From positions 1,536,001-1,600,000 of the forward strand of contig CBDBCZ010000019.1 in the NCBI GenBank assembly GCA_965203295.1: 64,000 nucleotides of DNA. Direction: 5' to 3'. Position numbers and translations under genes: made by a program. Each line of letters opens with the position of its first letter. The stretch's first letter is position 1. The notes beneath the pieces are model-generated. The model was not told where the DNA came from. It saw only the letters and a list, made by a program, of their open reading frames with translations, and searched no databases. The stretch is from Nitrospirales bacterium. Lineage in GTDB: Bacteria > Nitrospirota > Nitrospiria > Nitrospirales > UBA8639. Of this stretch, positions 30,343 through 41,138 are shown in pieces.

Positions 30343-30797
30343 ATGGGTCGATCTTTGTTTCTCAAATTGGCGATGTTGACCGCAAGTATGGCTGTGACCA
30401 TTGGGTTTTGGCCGACGATTAAGATAATATGGGGAATTCTAATCGTTTCATTCAACAGACCGACAAGATTTTTCCAGGACGAGTGCAGACCAAAGATGTT
30501 ATGCAGAATAAGGCAGGAGGAGGTCTTCGTGGCGCCTCGACATTTTCTCCTTCTCCTCAAGACCCATCGTCGTTAGAATCACGTATCAACAAACACTTTG
30601 ATATTAATGCCAGTAGCCTTGATGAACTCATAACCCTTCCTGGAATTGGAAAAGTTCTGGCTCAACGGATAATCCGTCATCGGACTGAGCGAGGACCGTT
30701 TCACTCAATTGAAGAGCTGAAAAACGTGAAAGGGATCGGGGAGGGACGCCTGAGTCGCCTTCGTCCAATGATTGTTGCTGAAGTAACATCCCAATAA
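30343..30797 (+). pseudogene. comEA: ComEA-family HhH DNA-binding protein, frameshifted
   Basis: Membrane-anchor ORF from 30343 is out of frame with INAS..LPGIG..RGPF.SIEEL.NVKGIG. Confidence 0.7.
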
Positions 30798-30850
30798 AAC
30801 CCTTAGCCGTCAAATCTTTTTGACCTCGCGAGTCTCTCTACGAGCAATAT

Positions 30851-32068
30851 ATGGATAATTCAGAACTCACAAGACAGATGAATCTCATTCTTCGTGGGAC
30901 AGTGGAAGTCATTCAGCGAGACGAATTCGAGTCCCGGCTGGCTGCCTCTTTGAAGAACGGTCGGCCTTTACGTGTGAAGGCAGGCTTTGATCCAACAGCA
31001 CCGGATTTGCATTTAGGCCATACAGTGTTGATTCAGAAGTTGAAACACTTTCAGGAACTCGGGCATGAAGTTATCTTCCTCATTGGTGATTTTACCGGCA
31101 TGATTGGAGATCCCTCAGGCGTATCGGAAACGAGGGTGGCGTTAACGAAAGAACAAGTGTTGTCCAATGCCAAGACCTATGAGCGTCAAATTTTTAAAAC
31201 TCTCGACCTTAAGAAAACACGTATCGAATTTAATAGCCGGTGGATGCAAGATATGAGAGCCGAAGAAGTGGTGCAGTTATGTTCTCATTATAGTGTTGCT
31301 CGAATGCTCGAACGAGATGACTTTGCCAAGCGCTATCGAGACCAAAAGCCCATAAACATTCATGAGTTTTTGTACCCTCTTGTCCAGGGGTATGATTCTG
31401 TCGCCCTGCACGCTGATGTTGAACTTGGCGGGACCGACCAAAAATTCAATCTTCTGGTGGGTCGCGATTTGCAACGGGACTTTGAGCAGCCTCCACAAAT
31501 CGTGATCACCATGCCTTTACTTGAAGGGACAGATGGTGTCCGGAAAATGAGCAAGAGCTATGGGAATTTCATCGCCTTGGAAGATACCCCTCCCGACATG
31601 TTTGGGAAGCTCATGTCGATCAGCGATGACCTGATGTACCGCTATTACGAGCTTCTCACTTCAAATGATCTAAATTCCGTAAGACAACAGCATCCCATGG
31701 AAGCCAAAGTTGCGTTGGCCGAACAAATAGTGAGCCGGTATCATGGGGCGGAAGCGGCTGCACAAGGAAAGGCTGATTTCGAAGGACGATTTCAGAAGCG
31801 GGAATTTCCTGATGATCCGGATGCGACAGTGCTTCTTACGGAATCTGATTTGCCAAATCCGGAGAATCCCGCTATCGGGTTAGTGGATCTGATTGCCAAA
31901 ACGGGGTTGGTCGCGAGCAAGGCAGAGGCGCGACGATTAATTAGTCAGCGTGCGATTGAAATAAACAAAGAGAGGCAGGACGATGCCACTCGAATTCTTC
32001 AATTGGAACCCGGAACGCAATATCAAATGAAAATTGGCAAAAGGAAGTTTGCTCTCGTAAGATTATGA
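30851..32068 (+). CDS. tyrS: Tyrosine--tRNA ligase
   Basis: [23 protein letters not shown]-terminal S4 domain. Confidence 0.97.
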   Translation: MDNSELTRQMNLILRGTVEVIQRDEFESRLAASLKNGRPLRVKAGFDPTAPDLHLGHTVLIQKLKHFQELGHEVIFLIGDFTGMIGDPSGVSETRVALTKEQVLSNAKTYERQIFKTLDLKKTRIEFNSRWMQDMRAEEVVQLCSHYSVARMLERDDFAKRYRDQKPINIHEFLYPLVQGYDSVALHADVELGGTDQKFNLLVGRDLQRDFEQPPQIVITMPLLEGTDGVRKMSKSYGNFIALEDTPPDMFGKLMSISDDLMYRYYELLTSNDLNSVRQQHPMEAKVALAEQIVSRYHGAEAAAQGKADFEGRFQKREFPDDPDATVLLTESDLPNPENPAIGLVDLIAKTGLVASKAEARRLISQRAIEINKERQDDATRILQLEPGTQYQMKIGKRKFALVRL

Positions 32069-32163
32069 GCCTCAATAAGAGGGTGAGAAATTCCTCCCAA
32101 TTTATTTTTTTAATAGTACAGACTTAGCTTTGATCTTTCAGACGTGGCTCGTGGATTTTTACC

Positions 32164-32243
32164 TTGTCATCCCGCAGTTTTCTAGCAGGGATCCATCTTT
32201 CTTTGTAGTCCAGGATGTCCGCTGACAACTGCGAGTATGACAA
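32164..32243. repeat. REP-like palindromic element
   Basis: TTGTCATCCCGCAGTT ... AACTGCGAGTATGACAA imperfect inverted repeat with an inner ATCC/GGAT pair. Confidence 0.55.
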
Positions 32244-32340
32244 CTCAGGTCTCTTGCATCTAACAAGAATTCCCAACCTCACCTGACAGTGTCCGTCAAC
32301 TGAGATTCAAGTTTTTACACTTTAAGAGAAGTTGATTACC

Positions 32341-32370
32341 TTGACTTGTTTTTAAAGGGCTGAATACAAT
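32341..32370 (+). promoter_or_regulatory. Sigma70-type promoter of tRNA-Gly
   Basis: TTGACT-N18-TACAAT, 20 bp upstream of the tRNA. Confidence 0.55.
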
Positions 32371-32390
32371 ACCTACACTTCACAAATTGA

Positions 32391-32465
32391 GCGGGTGTAG
32401 CGCAGTGGTAGCGCATCGGCTTCCCAAGCCGTTGGTCGGGAGTTCGAATCTCCTCACCCGCTCCA
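32391..32465 (+). tRNA. tRNA-Gly(CCC)
   Basis: Acceptor GCGGGTG/CACCCGC, anticodon loop TT-CCC-AA, T-loop GTTCGAATC, encoded CCA. Confidence 0.95.
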
Positions 32466-32480
32466 AATTTTCAAAAATTA

Positions 32481-32740
32481 TCACGGTAGCAGGCATGGAT
32501 GATCTCCAGGTGGTACATAGGTGTTAACTTTGGAGGCAGCCGCACCTAGGTTGGTTTCTGAGACGCTGTTATAACGTCTGTCCATTCTCTCTAATTGGTG
32601 TTGCCGGTTTTCGTAGCTGTCACTGTACCAGCCCAGGCTCGGCATAGGGTTGTAGCCCAAGAGCGTCGCAGGTTGCCAGAACTGAAATTCTCTATCTGGG
32701 CTTTTTGCACTGCTATGTGAAAGGCTTCTTTTATTCCTCG
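32481..32740 (-). pseudogene. Tyrosine integrase, degraded C-terminal remnant
   Basis: IKEAFHIAVQKAQIENFSSGNLRRSWATTLCRA (eroded HxLR box), then a frameshift into RRYNSVSETNL..AASKVNTY. Confidence 0.6.
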
Positions 32741-32973
32741 GACAGACTTTTCTTGTCATTAAAAAACTGGTTACTGGTTAATTGTGAGGCTTCGCGGCTG
32801 TGAAAGCTTTGCAGGATGTTCTTGAATGACTAGAGTCATGGAAATCACTCGCAGATTGCGATTAAGAACTATTCTTTGACTATTTCGGATTTTTGGAATA
32901 TAGTCCCCACGGAGATGGGGTAAAACTGCTTCTCTAATTTCATAATTATATCACTATATAAGGAGGGGGTGTT

Positions 32974-33517
32974 ATGAAAAGTTGGAAGGGAATTGCGACA
33001 GGCATGGTTGTCTTGATCGTAGGTTTGGGTCTCGTATTACCTCTTGGTCAAGCAGCAGATATGTCGAAAGATATGGCGGTAAAGTATATTCTGGCAACCG
33101 CTAAAGCGGCCAGAACCGTTTATGTATAAAGAAGTCATCAAGGCTGCTAAAAAAGGGGGAGTGAAGCCCAATGAAAATTGGGCAAAAAAAGATCATGCGA
33201 TTATGCTTCCTGCGCAGTTTGTGAAAGCTGTTGGGGCAAAAATCGAGGGTTTTGAGCTCAGCTTGATCGGGACCTACCCACTCTACAAATCCAATGCGGC
33301 CCAAACGGAGAAAGAAAAAGAGATCCTGGGGAAGTTGGCCACGGGTAATCAAAAAATGCTCACCTTCCAGGATGGCAACCAATTTAAGGGAATGTCGGCT
33401 GACTTTTCGATCGTTCAAGGCTGTGCGGATTGTCATAACAAGCATCCCAATACTACAAAGACGGATTGGAAAAAAGGTGATTTCATGGGTGCCATCATTG
33501 TTCGAATGAAAGGGTAG
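32974..33517 (+). pseudogene. Periplasmic c-type heme protein (DUF3365/Tll0287-like), frameshifted
   Basis: RBS AGGAGG; signal-peptide ORF ends TAA at 33127-33129; the +1 frame continues LPAQF...CADCH..WKKGDFMGAIIV. Confidence 0.75.
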
Positions 33518-33945
33518 GATTAGTCAGACTCAGAAATGGGGGCGTGAAGAGGAATACCTGCTAACGCCATTTTTTGTCTGTTGGTGTACCTGAAACGGTT
33601 TCTAGTAATTGCTCCATTGTTTCTATTTTTATGAAAACACAGCCAAGACAGAGGAAAAAGTAGCCTCGAAAAGTTGACAATCAAAATAAACCCTGTGTTC
33701 TTTTTCGCACAGTGTTCATTATTCAGTGGTCCTTTTTCATTAAAGCGATTGAAAGGCAAAGTTAGGAGGTGCGAGTACGGTTTACCGATATCCATAAAAT
33801 ATATGGATATCCAAAGAAGTAAAAAAAATCAATAATTTCATGATCTTGCGAGGATATAAGTATCCATTGATATTCTGATTATTTGATCAATAAGCCACAC
33901 CGCTCTTCCTAAATTAAGCCCTCATATCTTCAGTCTATGTGACTT

Positions 33946-33961
33946 TGGCATTGGGATTGCT
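33946..33961 (+). promoter_or_regulatory. Sigma54 (-24/-12) promoter
   Basis: TGGCAT-TGGGA-TTGCT with canonical spacing, 44 bp upstream of the STAS gene. Confidence 0.65.
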
Positions 33962-34005
33962 ATATGCCTTCTCATCAACGATTTTAACATTGAGGAGGGA
34001 TCACA

Positions 34006-34347
34006 ATGATCGTCATAGCAAAACGTGAGAAAGAAACCCATGTGCTCCATTTATCTGGTAGCTTTAACAAATCTGCTAACTCCAACTTTGGTAGAGCCAT
34101 CTTTGAAGCGCAGCTAGCTCGCTCTAAGCACATCATTCTTGAACTTTCCAATCTATCCTCCATCGATAGTGCTGGCTTAGATGCGCTGTTCCTGACCAAA
34201 GACCATTTGGAAGAAAAAGGTATTCGACTCAGCTTACTGAACCCTGGTCTGAGCATTTTGGAGTTGCTGAATGATACGTCAGTATCTTCAACGCTTCCTA
34301 TTTATGAAGATGAAGAGGATTTATTGACCGCAACGAGTGCGGCCTGA
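34006..34347 (+). CDS. STAS-domain anti-sigma factor antagonist
   Basis: IILELSNLSSIDSAGL; RBS GAGGAGG. Confidence 0.85.
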   Translation: MIVIAKREKETHVLHLSGSFNKSANSNFGRAIFEAQLARSKHIILELSNLSSIDSAGLDALFLTKDHLEEKGIRLSLLNPGLSILELLNDTSVSSTLPIYEDEEDLLTATSAA

Positions 34348-34401
34348 TTTTACTTCCAATCAGGTAAGATCAAATTCCAGTACTTTAAGGAAAAGGGGAA
34401 G

Positions 34402-35688
34402 TTACTCGGTAGGCAAAGCAGGCGAGGGTTCGTGTTTGGGTTCTGACTTTTTCGTCTCTGTTGGGCGTTCTTCAATTTTAAAGATTTGAACACTTTTGAT
34501 CGATCTTTCATCCGCGTCACGGACGATGAGACGGCAATGGTCGGCTCGGACTTCCTCGCCCACGGCTGGGATACGGCCTAATTCCTGTTGGATGAGTCCA
34601 CTGATAGTCGTTTGTTCATCGTCAAGAGAGACTTTCAGGAATTCATTAATTTTTCTTACTTCAGTCCTGCCGCTCACGAGGATTTGGTTTTTGCCAATGC
34701 GTTTAATAAGTTCCTCAGTGATGTCGGTTTCGTCCAAGATTTCCCCAACCACTTCCTCAAGCAGATCTTCTGTGGTCACTAGACCCATCACTCCGCCAAA
34801 CTCGTTTACTACCAAGGCAATGTGTCGTTTCTCTTGTTGAAATTGCTTGAGAAGGTCATCAGCAGGCTTCGCTCCTGGAACAAAAAGGGCAGGTCTCGCG
34901 ATGTCCTTCAAGGTCAGATCTAAATGGTCTTGGGCCAAATCTTTTAACGCCTGGTTTCGATACAGGATCCCTGTCACATGATCGAGATCCCCATCATAAA
35001 TGGGAATTCTGGAATATTTTGACTTGAATAAGTCTTCTTTCGCCTCTCCAAGGGTCATGCTGTTATCAAGCCCAAACATAGAGATGCGAGGAGTCATCAC
35101 ATCTTCGGCCGTTAAGTCCGAAAACTCGAATACATTTTTAATCATTTTCACTTCATCAGTTTCCAAGACTCCAGCTTTGCCACCAGCCTCGAGCATGATT
35201 TTCAATTCTTCTTCAGTCACAAAAGGGACTGTTAATCCGCGCCCACCTGTGAGCTTTAGGATAAAGGGTTCAAGGAGAAAAAGGACGGGTGAAAAGAGCT
35301 GTTCAAACCAATACACAGGGTAAGCGAACATTTGAACGGCCGTTTCTGCATGTTTGGCACAGAGAGTTTTAGGAACGATTTCTCCAAACATCAGGACGAT
35401 AAAAATTAACAAACCCGTGGCAATGGCGACACCCTCTGATCCAAATAGGCGATTCGCAATCAAAGTGACGAAAGCGGCTGCGACGAGATTGACGATATTG
35501 TTCCCGATTAAAATAGTTGAAAGGAGACGTTGAGGACTCAATCGAAGGCGCAGCGCGAGTTTGGCACCTTTACGCCCTTCTTCAGCTAGGGCGAGAAGTT
35601 TTGTTTCGCTGATGGAAAAGAAGGCGATTTCAGCTCCGGAAAAGAACGCTGATAAGAATAAACAAATCAGAACAGCTATATAATCCAT
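34402..35688 (-). CDS. CNNM/CBS/CorC-HlyC (hemolysin-family) transporter
   Basis: SAFFSGAEIA, LIGNNIVN, FGEIVPK, YSRIPIY, EDLLEEVVGEI. Confidence 0.92.
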   Translation of the reverse strand: MDYIAVLICLFLSAFFSGAEIAFFSISETKLLALAEEGRKGAKLALRLRLSPQRLLSTILIGNNIVNLVAAAFVTLIANRLFGSEGVAIATGLLIFIVLMFGEIVPKTLCAKHAETAVQMFAYPVYWFEQLFSPVLFLLEPFILKLTGGRGLTVPFVTEEELKIMLEAGGKAGVLETDEVKMIKNVFEFSDLTAEDVMTPRISMFGLDNSMTLGEAKEDLFKSKYSRIPIYDGDLDHVTGILYRNQALKDLAQDHLDLTLKDIARPALFVPGAKPADDLLKQFQQEKRHIALVVNEFGGVMGLVTTEDLLEEVVGEILDETDITEELIKRIGKNQILVSGRTEVRKINEFLKVSLDDEQTTISGLIQQELGRIPAVGEEVRADHCRLIVRDADERSIKSVQIFKIEERPTETKKSEPKHEPSPALPTE

Positions 35689-36097
35689 ATAATCTTTAAT
35701 AGGGGCGGCGGGATAACAGAGGGCTAGCAGTGGCGTACCACTGTCTCAGCGTTGAGGTGAACGAGGAGACAATGTCGGAGAATGGGCAGGAGTACTGCAG
35801 ATAGGTTAAAGGGTATGTAAAAACTTGAGGACGACTTGCTCGTCTTAGACCATCGTCATCCATTGATCATAAAAGGCTATCACAGGACTTTCTTCGTTGC
35901 AACCGAGTTGAAAATGTTTTTATTGGAAGTCAATGAAATCTCAATGTTTTCAATGAATTCTGAGCAATTGGTGAGATGGAGGCTATCCCTTCTTACAAGT
36001 ACCGCATTCGTAATTTCTTCTATTAGGAATAGAATATTCTTCCAGGATGGTGATCCTAGATATTCGTGTCCTATTTCGAGAAAACGTGGCCATTTGA

Positions 36098-37324
36098 TTA
36101 GTTTGACAAAGTATTACGATCTTCAAATTTTACACATTGTCGATTCAGAACCGGATAGACACTAAAGATGGGAGTACTATGGGGAACAAAGGCTGAATGG
36201 GTATCAGGGCTCAACGTCAGGTGCATATTGACGAAGTTGAAGCTGAGGCCTTCCTGCCAAGGTTGAGAAGTGGCCTCTGCATACGTTTCAACTTTGTCGG
36301 ATGCATAAGTTCTAGTCATCAGCCCTGAACCTCCTTGAAGGCCATACTCGTGTAAATCCGGGGTACCCTGAATCAAAACAGAAAGGATTGAGGAATCAAA
36401 CCAGATTTTGAAGTTGCAACTGAGTTGAATAAAAGGACCAAGACTTCCGGTATGTTTTAGAACCGCCAGAGGATAGGCATATTCCGGGGGAACATCAGAA
36501 GAAGATCCGACTGGGGTTTTGAATTCCGGATCTTTGACACCAGAAACCGAAACAAAAATCAGATGCGGATCATTCAAAGGAATGTCATATACTTGACCAT
36601 CATGATAGCTACAAAGCTTCCCCATTTCGTATCGTAGCGGGTAGGAATAACCAATTTTTCCATAAAATATTCGGATTCCTGCTTCCAAAGGCTCCTCTGG
36701 TGTGCGGCTAATCTTCAGGTCAAAAGGAAGCATGAGATGAAAGGTATTCGTTCGGGCAGCCATAAATGGAGCGCAAGCGCCAGGAAATTCCTTATGAATC
36801 GTGATATTGTCAGGCTCAAAAGTACGAGGTGGGCCGCCGAAATGTTGGGCGGTTTTGGCTTCTTTTCCCATTCGGTATTTTTGTTGGTAATACGCGGCTG
36901 CATGTTTTTGGGCTGTTTCTAAAAAGTATTCAGGTAAGTCCGTTTCAACAACCAGTCTCTGTTTGGCCAAAGATTGTGGGCTGGCAACGCGCATGGCCTC
37001 ACTGTAAATATTTATTTCTGCTGAAGTTTTTTGAATTTCTTGATCTACTTGTTGAGATAAATTTTGGTCGAAGTAACGGCTCTTTGGAAGAAGTTGCTGA
37101 GCCTTGTGGAGAAGTTCCAGCTTGAGAGTGTACCGCTTGGGTTCTGCGGCAAATACCTGGATGGTGGCCATCAGGAGATTAAATTGTTCCTCAGGTGTTA
37201 GGCCAAGAGCATCAAGGTCGTTTTCACGGATAAACGCCATAGCCAACGGACCAAAAGCTTCTTCTCGCCGCAGGCTGAGGGTTAACAAGTAATTGAGATA
37301 AGATCGAGCTTCTTCCTGAGTCAT
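36098..37324 (-). CDS. Hypothetical protein, 408 aa
   Basis: Long intact ORF; no recognised motif. Confidence 0.75.
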   Translation of the reverse strand: MTQEEARSYLNYLLTLSLRREEAFGPLAMAFIRENDLDALGLTPEEQFNLLMATIQVFAAEPKRYTLKLELLHKAQQLLPKSRYFDQNLSQQVDQEIQKTSAEINIYSEAMRVASPQSLAKQRLVVETDLPEYFLETAQKHAAAYYQQKYRMGKEAKTAQHFGGPPRTFEPDNITIHKEFPGACAPFMAARTNTFHLMLPFDLKISRTPEEPLEAGIRIFYGKIGYSYPLRYEMGKLCSYHDGQVYDIPLNDPHLIFVSVSGVKDPEFKTPVGSSSDVPPEYAYPLAVLKHTGSLGPFIQLSCNFKIWFDSSILSVLIQGTPDLHEYGLQGGSGLMTRTYASDKVETYAEATSQPWQEGLSFNFVNMHLTLSPDTHSAFVPHSTPIFSVYPVLNRQCVKFEDRNTLSN

Positions 37325-37440
37325 ACAATCCCTAAGTGCGCAGGTATTTTACGGAATACGCGAATAAGGGACAAGTGCGGCTTGAGAGATAGGAGCAAGA
37401 ACCAATTATTTGCTTCAAGTTAGCTTTAAGGTTTTTCAGA

Positions 37441-37525
37441 CTGAATCTCCCCCCAGCAAGCTGGGAGGCATCTTTAACGGTTTTATTTTAAACAAATTGG
37501 CGCATGCAAGCTGAGGGGTATCCTG
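37441..37525. mobile_element. Possible IS200/IS605-type end remnant
   Basis: CCCAGC-AA-GCTGGG hairpin and a second GCAAGCTGAGGGGTA copy about 50 bp away. Confidence 0.35.
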
Positions 37526-37659
37526 CGCTGTTTTTATGAAAGGCTCGCCATTGCTTCTAGGGAAAGAGTGATTGTATTTTTCATTCTTTCAAGTTGTTTC
37601 GTTACTCATTGACTTTCAGAGTTCAGAAACCTTTTATTCATGACTTTTCGGCGGCAGTA

Positions 37660-40101
37660 ATGGATCAAGAATCTTTACAGCATCAAACCCTTCGTATCCT
37701 GGAATGGGAAAGGCTTCTTGAGTTTCTTGCGAGTCAATCCCATTCAGCGATGGGGAAAGAACGTTGCTTAAATCTTACCTTGGAACCTGAACTTGAATCG
37801 TCTCAACGTCGGATGCAAGAAACGTCAGAAATACGAACCATCGCAGAGAGTGATCGGCCCTTCCAGACGTTATTTTTCCAAGATCTGCGAGGCGCGTTAC
37901 GGAAAATAGAAAAAAGCGGGATCCTGGAGGCACATGAATTTCGTGATATTTCCAATATCCTCGGACTTGCGGGTCAAGTCCTGCATGTCTTGGCACATCA
38001 CCAAGAACAAGCCCCATACTTATGGAACTTTGCGAAATCTCTTCAAGATCTCTCTTCACTCAAAACCGAGATTGATCAATGTATTGACTCAGAGGGAAAT
38101 ATCCAAGAAACGGCCACTCCGACCCTCCACCAATGGATTCAGGCGGCTCACCATCTCAGACACCGCATTCGTCAGCGGTTAGAAGGCATATGAGGTTCCC
38201 ATCAGTATGAAGACATTCTTCAGGAGAAGTACTTTGCGCAACGTCAGGGGCGTTATGTTCTTCCCATCAAAGCCGACTTTCAGAGTTCCATGCCAGGCAT
38301 TGTTCACGATGTCTCGGCAAGTGGGGCGACAGTCTTTCTTGAGCCTCGCGAATTGGTAGACCTGAATAATGAGCTTAAGGTGGCAGAGGTGCAGGTGAAC
38401 TTGGAGGTTCAGCGAATTTTGCAAGATTTGTCTGACGCTGTTGCCTATCATGGTGAATCTGTAGCCCATCATTTGGACGTACTAGGTTATTTGGATTGTG
38501 TTGGTGCCAAGGCTCGCTTGAGTGAATTAATCCAAGGGAATCCTCTCACTCTGAACGGACAAGGACGCATTCGGCTCACCAAAGCCTGTCATCCGTTGCT
38601 TGTTCTCGCGCGCATTCAGGTTGTTCCGAATAACATTGTGTTAGAGGAGCATGACCGGGTGTTAGTGATCTCCGGCCCTAATACTGGTGGGAAAACGGTG
38701 ACACTCAAACTCATCGGCCTTTTCGCCCTGATGGTCCGTGTGGGACTTCATCCTTCTTATCAGGAAGGATCGGAAATGGGCTTTTTTAAGGACATCTTTG
38801 CAGATATTGGAGATGCACAGGATCTCACAAAAGATCTCTCCAGTTTTTCTGCTCATATCCTCAATATCATCCATCTGCTGAAAATTGCCTCACGAACTCC
38901 TGCTTCTTCGTATCCGATCACCTTAGTGATGTTGGATGAAGTCATTGGATCGACTGATCCTTCTGAAGGAGCCACCTTAGCAATGGCTTTACTTCATCAA
39001 TTTGTTTCTTTGGGATTTAAGGCCGTGGTCACGACTCATTATCATTCCTTAAAAACGTTAGCCTTTAAATATCTAGAATTTGTCAATGCGAGCTTGGAAT
39101 TTAATGTGGAGTCTCTCGCACCAACCTATCGGTTGGTTCAAGGACTTCCGGGTCGATCATCCGCTATTGAGATTGCACGTCGTCTTGGCATGGCACCTGA
39201 CATTTTGGACTCTGCCGTAGAATTTGTTCATTCTGATGATCGAGAACTCGAACATATTTTTGCTGACTTACAAAAGATCCAAAGTCAGCTCACAACAGAA
39301 TTGGCCCAAGCAGAGGAACGTCATCGTCATGCCGAAAAAGCTTCGGCCGAAGCTCAGGAGCTCCTCACGCATCTCCAATCTTCACAGCAGCAGGAAATAA
39401 AGAAGATGAAACGTCAGCTAGCTGTGAACCTTGCACGGGCACGAACAGAAATTCGCACCATTCTGGATGAGGTCAAACGAGACCCAAGTTCTCAAAAAGG
39501 GAAAGAGGCCAAACATCGACTCGTAATGATTCAGGAGAACGTTGAATCACACATCGAGACTGAGAGTCGTCCCATTCCTATTGATCATGTGGGAGAGGGA
39601 GATATGGTGGAAATTTCAAACTTAGGGACGACTGGGGTCTTATTGGAGAACCCTCAAGGGAAAAAACGCGTTCGTGTTCGAATAGGTGAGCGTGAGTTGT
39701 CCGTTTCAGTTTCTATGTTGGTGGGGAAATATCCGACGACCGAAGAATTGCAACCTAAAGTATCCAAACCAGATTCTTTCAGTCAGAGACAGAAACACCA
39801 TTTGGAAGGAAATCCTCAAGAGAGTGAATCGTTGCAACAACCGCCTATGCGACGGGGATTTGGTCACACTTTAGATGTTCGAGGTGTTTCTGTTGATGAT
39901 GCCCTTACCAAAACCCTGGAGGCTTTGCATCATGCGACTCTAACAGGAGGGATATCTCTTTGCGTGATTCATGGTCATGGGCTAGGAAAACTGAAATCTG
40001 CCATTCGTGAGTTTTTATCGACCTCTCCTTATGTTGAAGGATTTCGATCTGGTGAACCGCGGGAAGGAGGGGATGGGGTTGCAATCGTGGATCTGAGGTA
40101 A
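37660..40101 (+). pseudogene. mutS2: MutS2 with an in-frame TGA
   Basis: LRILEW, GIVHDVSASGATVFLEP, SGPNTGGKT, TTHY, Smr domain IHGHG; TGA at 38191-38193 with both halves in frame. Confidence 0.88.
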
Positions 40102-41137
40102 CGCGGCCTGATTTTTGAAAGTGAGCTAATGCTTCGCGAACGTTTCTTGAAAATCCCTGATATTTGGTGCGTTTGATTGGACTTTTCTGAAAAGTCTGTC
40201 CGAATTGTTCTTCTGTCATTCGTGCCAGTTCAGCGAGTTGAGGACTGAGTGTTAGGGAAGAGGGTCGAAAGGTTTGTTCTTGGGTAGGGTAGGCATTTGT
40301 ATTAAACGGGCACACATCGAGACAATCATCACAGCCAAATATACGGTTTCCAATTTGTCGACTCAACTCATCGGGAATTTCCTGCCTTTCACCACGGAAT
40401 TCGATGGTGAGATATGAGATACACCTCGTGGCATCAAGGACATACGGCTCGGGAAAGGCTTGAGTGAGACAAGCATTAAGGCAAAGAGTACAGGTGCCAC
40501 ACAAGTCAGTTCCCGGTGTGTCTGGTTCTAATTCGAGTGTCGTTAAAATCTCCCCCAACAACAACCAGGACCCAAATTTAGGAGACACTAAGTTTGAATG
40601 TTTGCCTATCCACCCTAATCCGGCTTCTTGAGCCCAGGCTTTCTCCATAATCGGTCCTGTGTCCACATACCTCCGGGTTTTGGCTTCAGGGGCCATCTCT
40701 CGAATATGAGCTTCGAATTGTTTTAATCGTTTTTCAAAGATTCGGTGATAATCCTCCCCCCAAGCGTACCGGGCAATCCTTCCGTTCCCAGGCCTCTCGT
40801 CAGCTATATGAGAAGAAAAATAATTGATCCCGACACAAATGATTGATCGGCAGTTTGGAAGGACCTCTGTTGGATAGCTTCGGCGTTGAAGGTCTTTTGC
40901 CATCCAGTTCATCGTCCCCTGATATCCCTTCGCTAGCCAATCCTTTAGGATCATGGATAGTCGGGTAGTGAGTGGGAGGGGTGGGGATTGGGTAGTCGAG
41001 TGAATGTCTTCTTCAGATGTGGAAGGGCAGGCGATGGGCACGATCCCCACTGCATCAAAGCCCAAGATTTCAGCTCTTTGTTTTATGCGCGGTAAGGGTG
41101 GGCACGTGTAAATGAAGAGTACGAAGGCCTTGAGCAT
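39905..41137 (-). CDS. queG: tRNA epoxyqueuosine reductase (start and stop uncertain)
   Basis: IARYAWGEDYH, VDTGPIMEK, CGTCTLCLNAC, RCISYLTIE, FGCDDCLDVCPFN. Confidence 0.9.
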   Translation of the reverse strand: MLKAFVLFIYTCPPLPRIKQRAEILGFDAVGIVPIACPSTSEEDIHSTTQSPPLPLTTRLSMILKDWLAKGYQGTMNWMAKDLQRRSYPTEVLPNCRSIICVGINYFSSHIADERPGNGRIARYAWGEDYHRIFEKRLKQFEAHIREMAPEAKTRRYVDTGPIMEKAWAQEAGLGWIGKHSNLVSPKFGSWLLLGEILTTLELEPDTPGTDLCGTCTLCLNACLTQAFPEPYVLDATRCISYLTIEFRGERQEIPDELSRQIGNRIFGCDDCLDVCPFNTNAYPTQEQTFRPSSLTLSPQLAELARMTEEQFGQTFQKSPIKRTKYQGFSRNVREALAHFQKSGRVTSDPRLQPHPLLPAVHQIEILQHKERSIKTHEWQISVFLAHDHESRKEISLLLESHDAKPPGFW

Positions 41138-41138
41138 G

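Noticed and set aside
32481..32759. 92-aa ORF from the track as a real gene
   Set aside because: Better explained as a mosaic of frameshifted integrase remnants.
35690..35835. Metal riboswitch upstream of the CNNM/CorC gene
   Set aside because: No M-box or yybP-ykoY consensus found on the coding strand.
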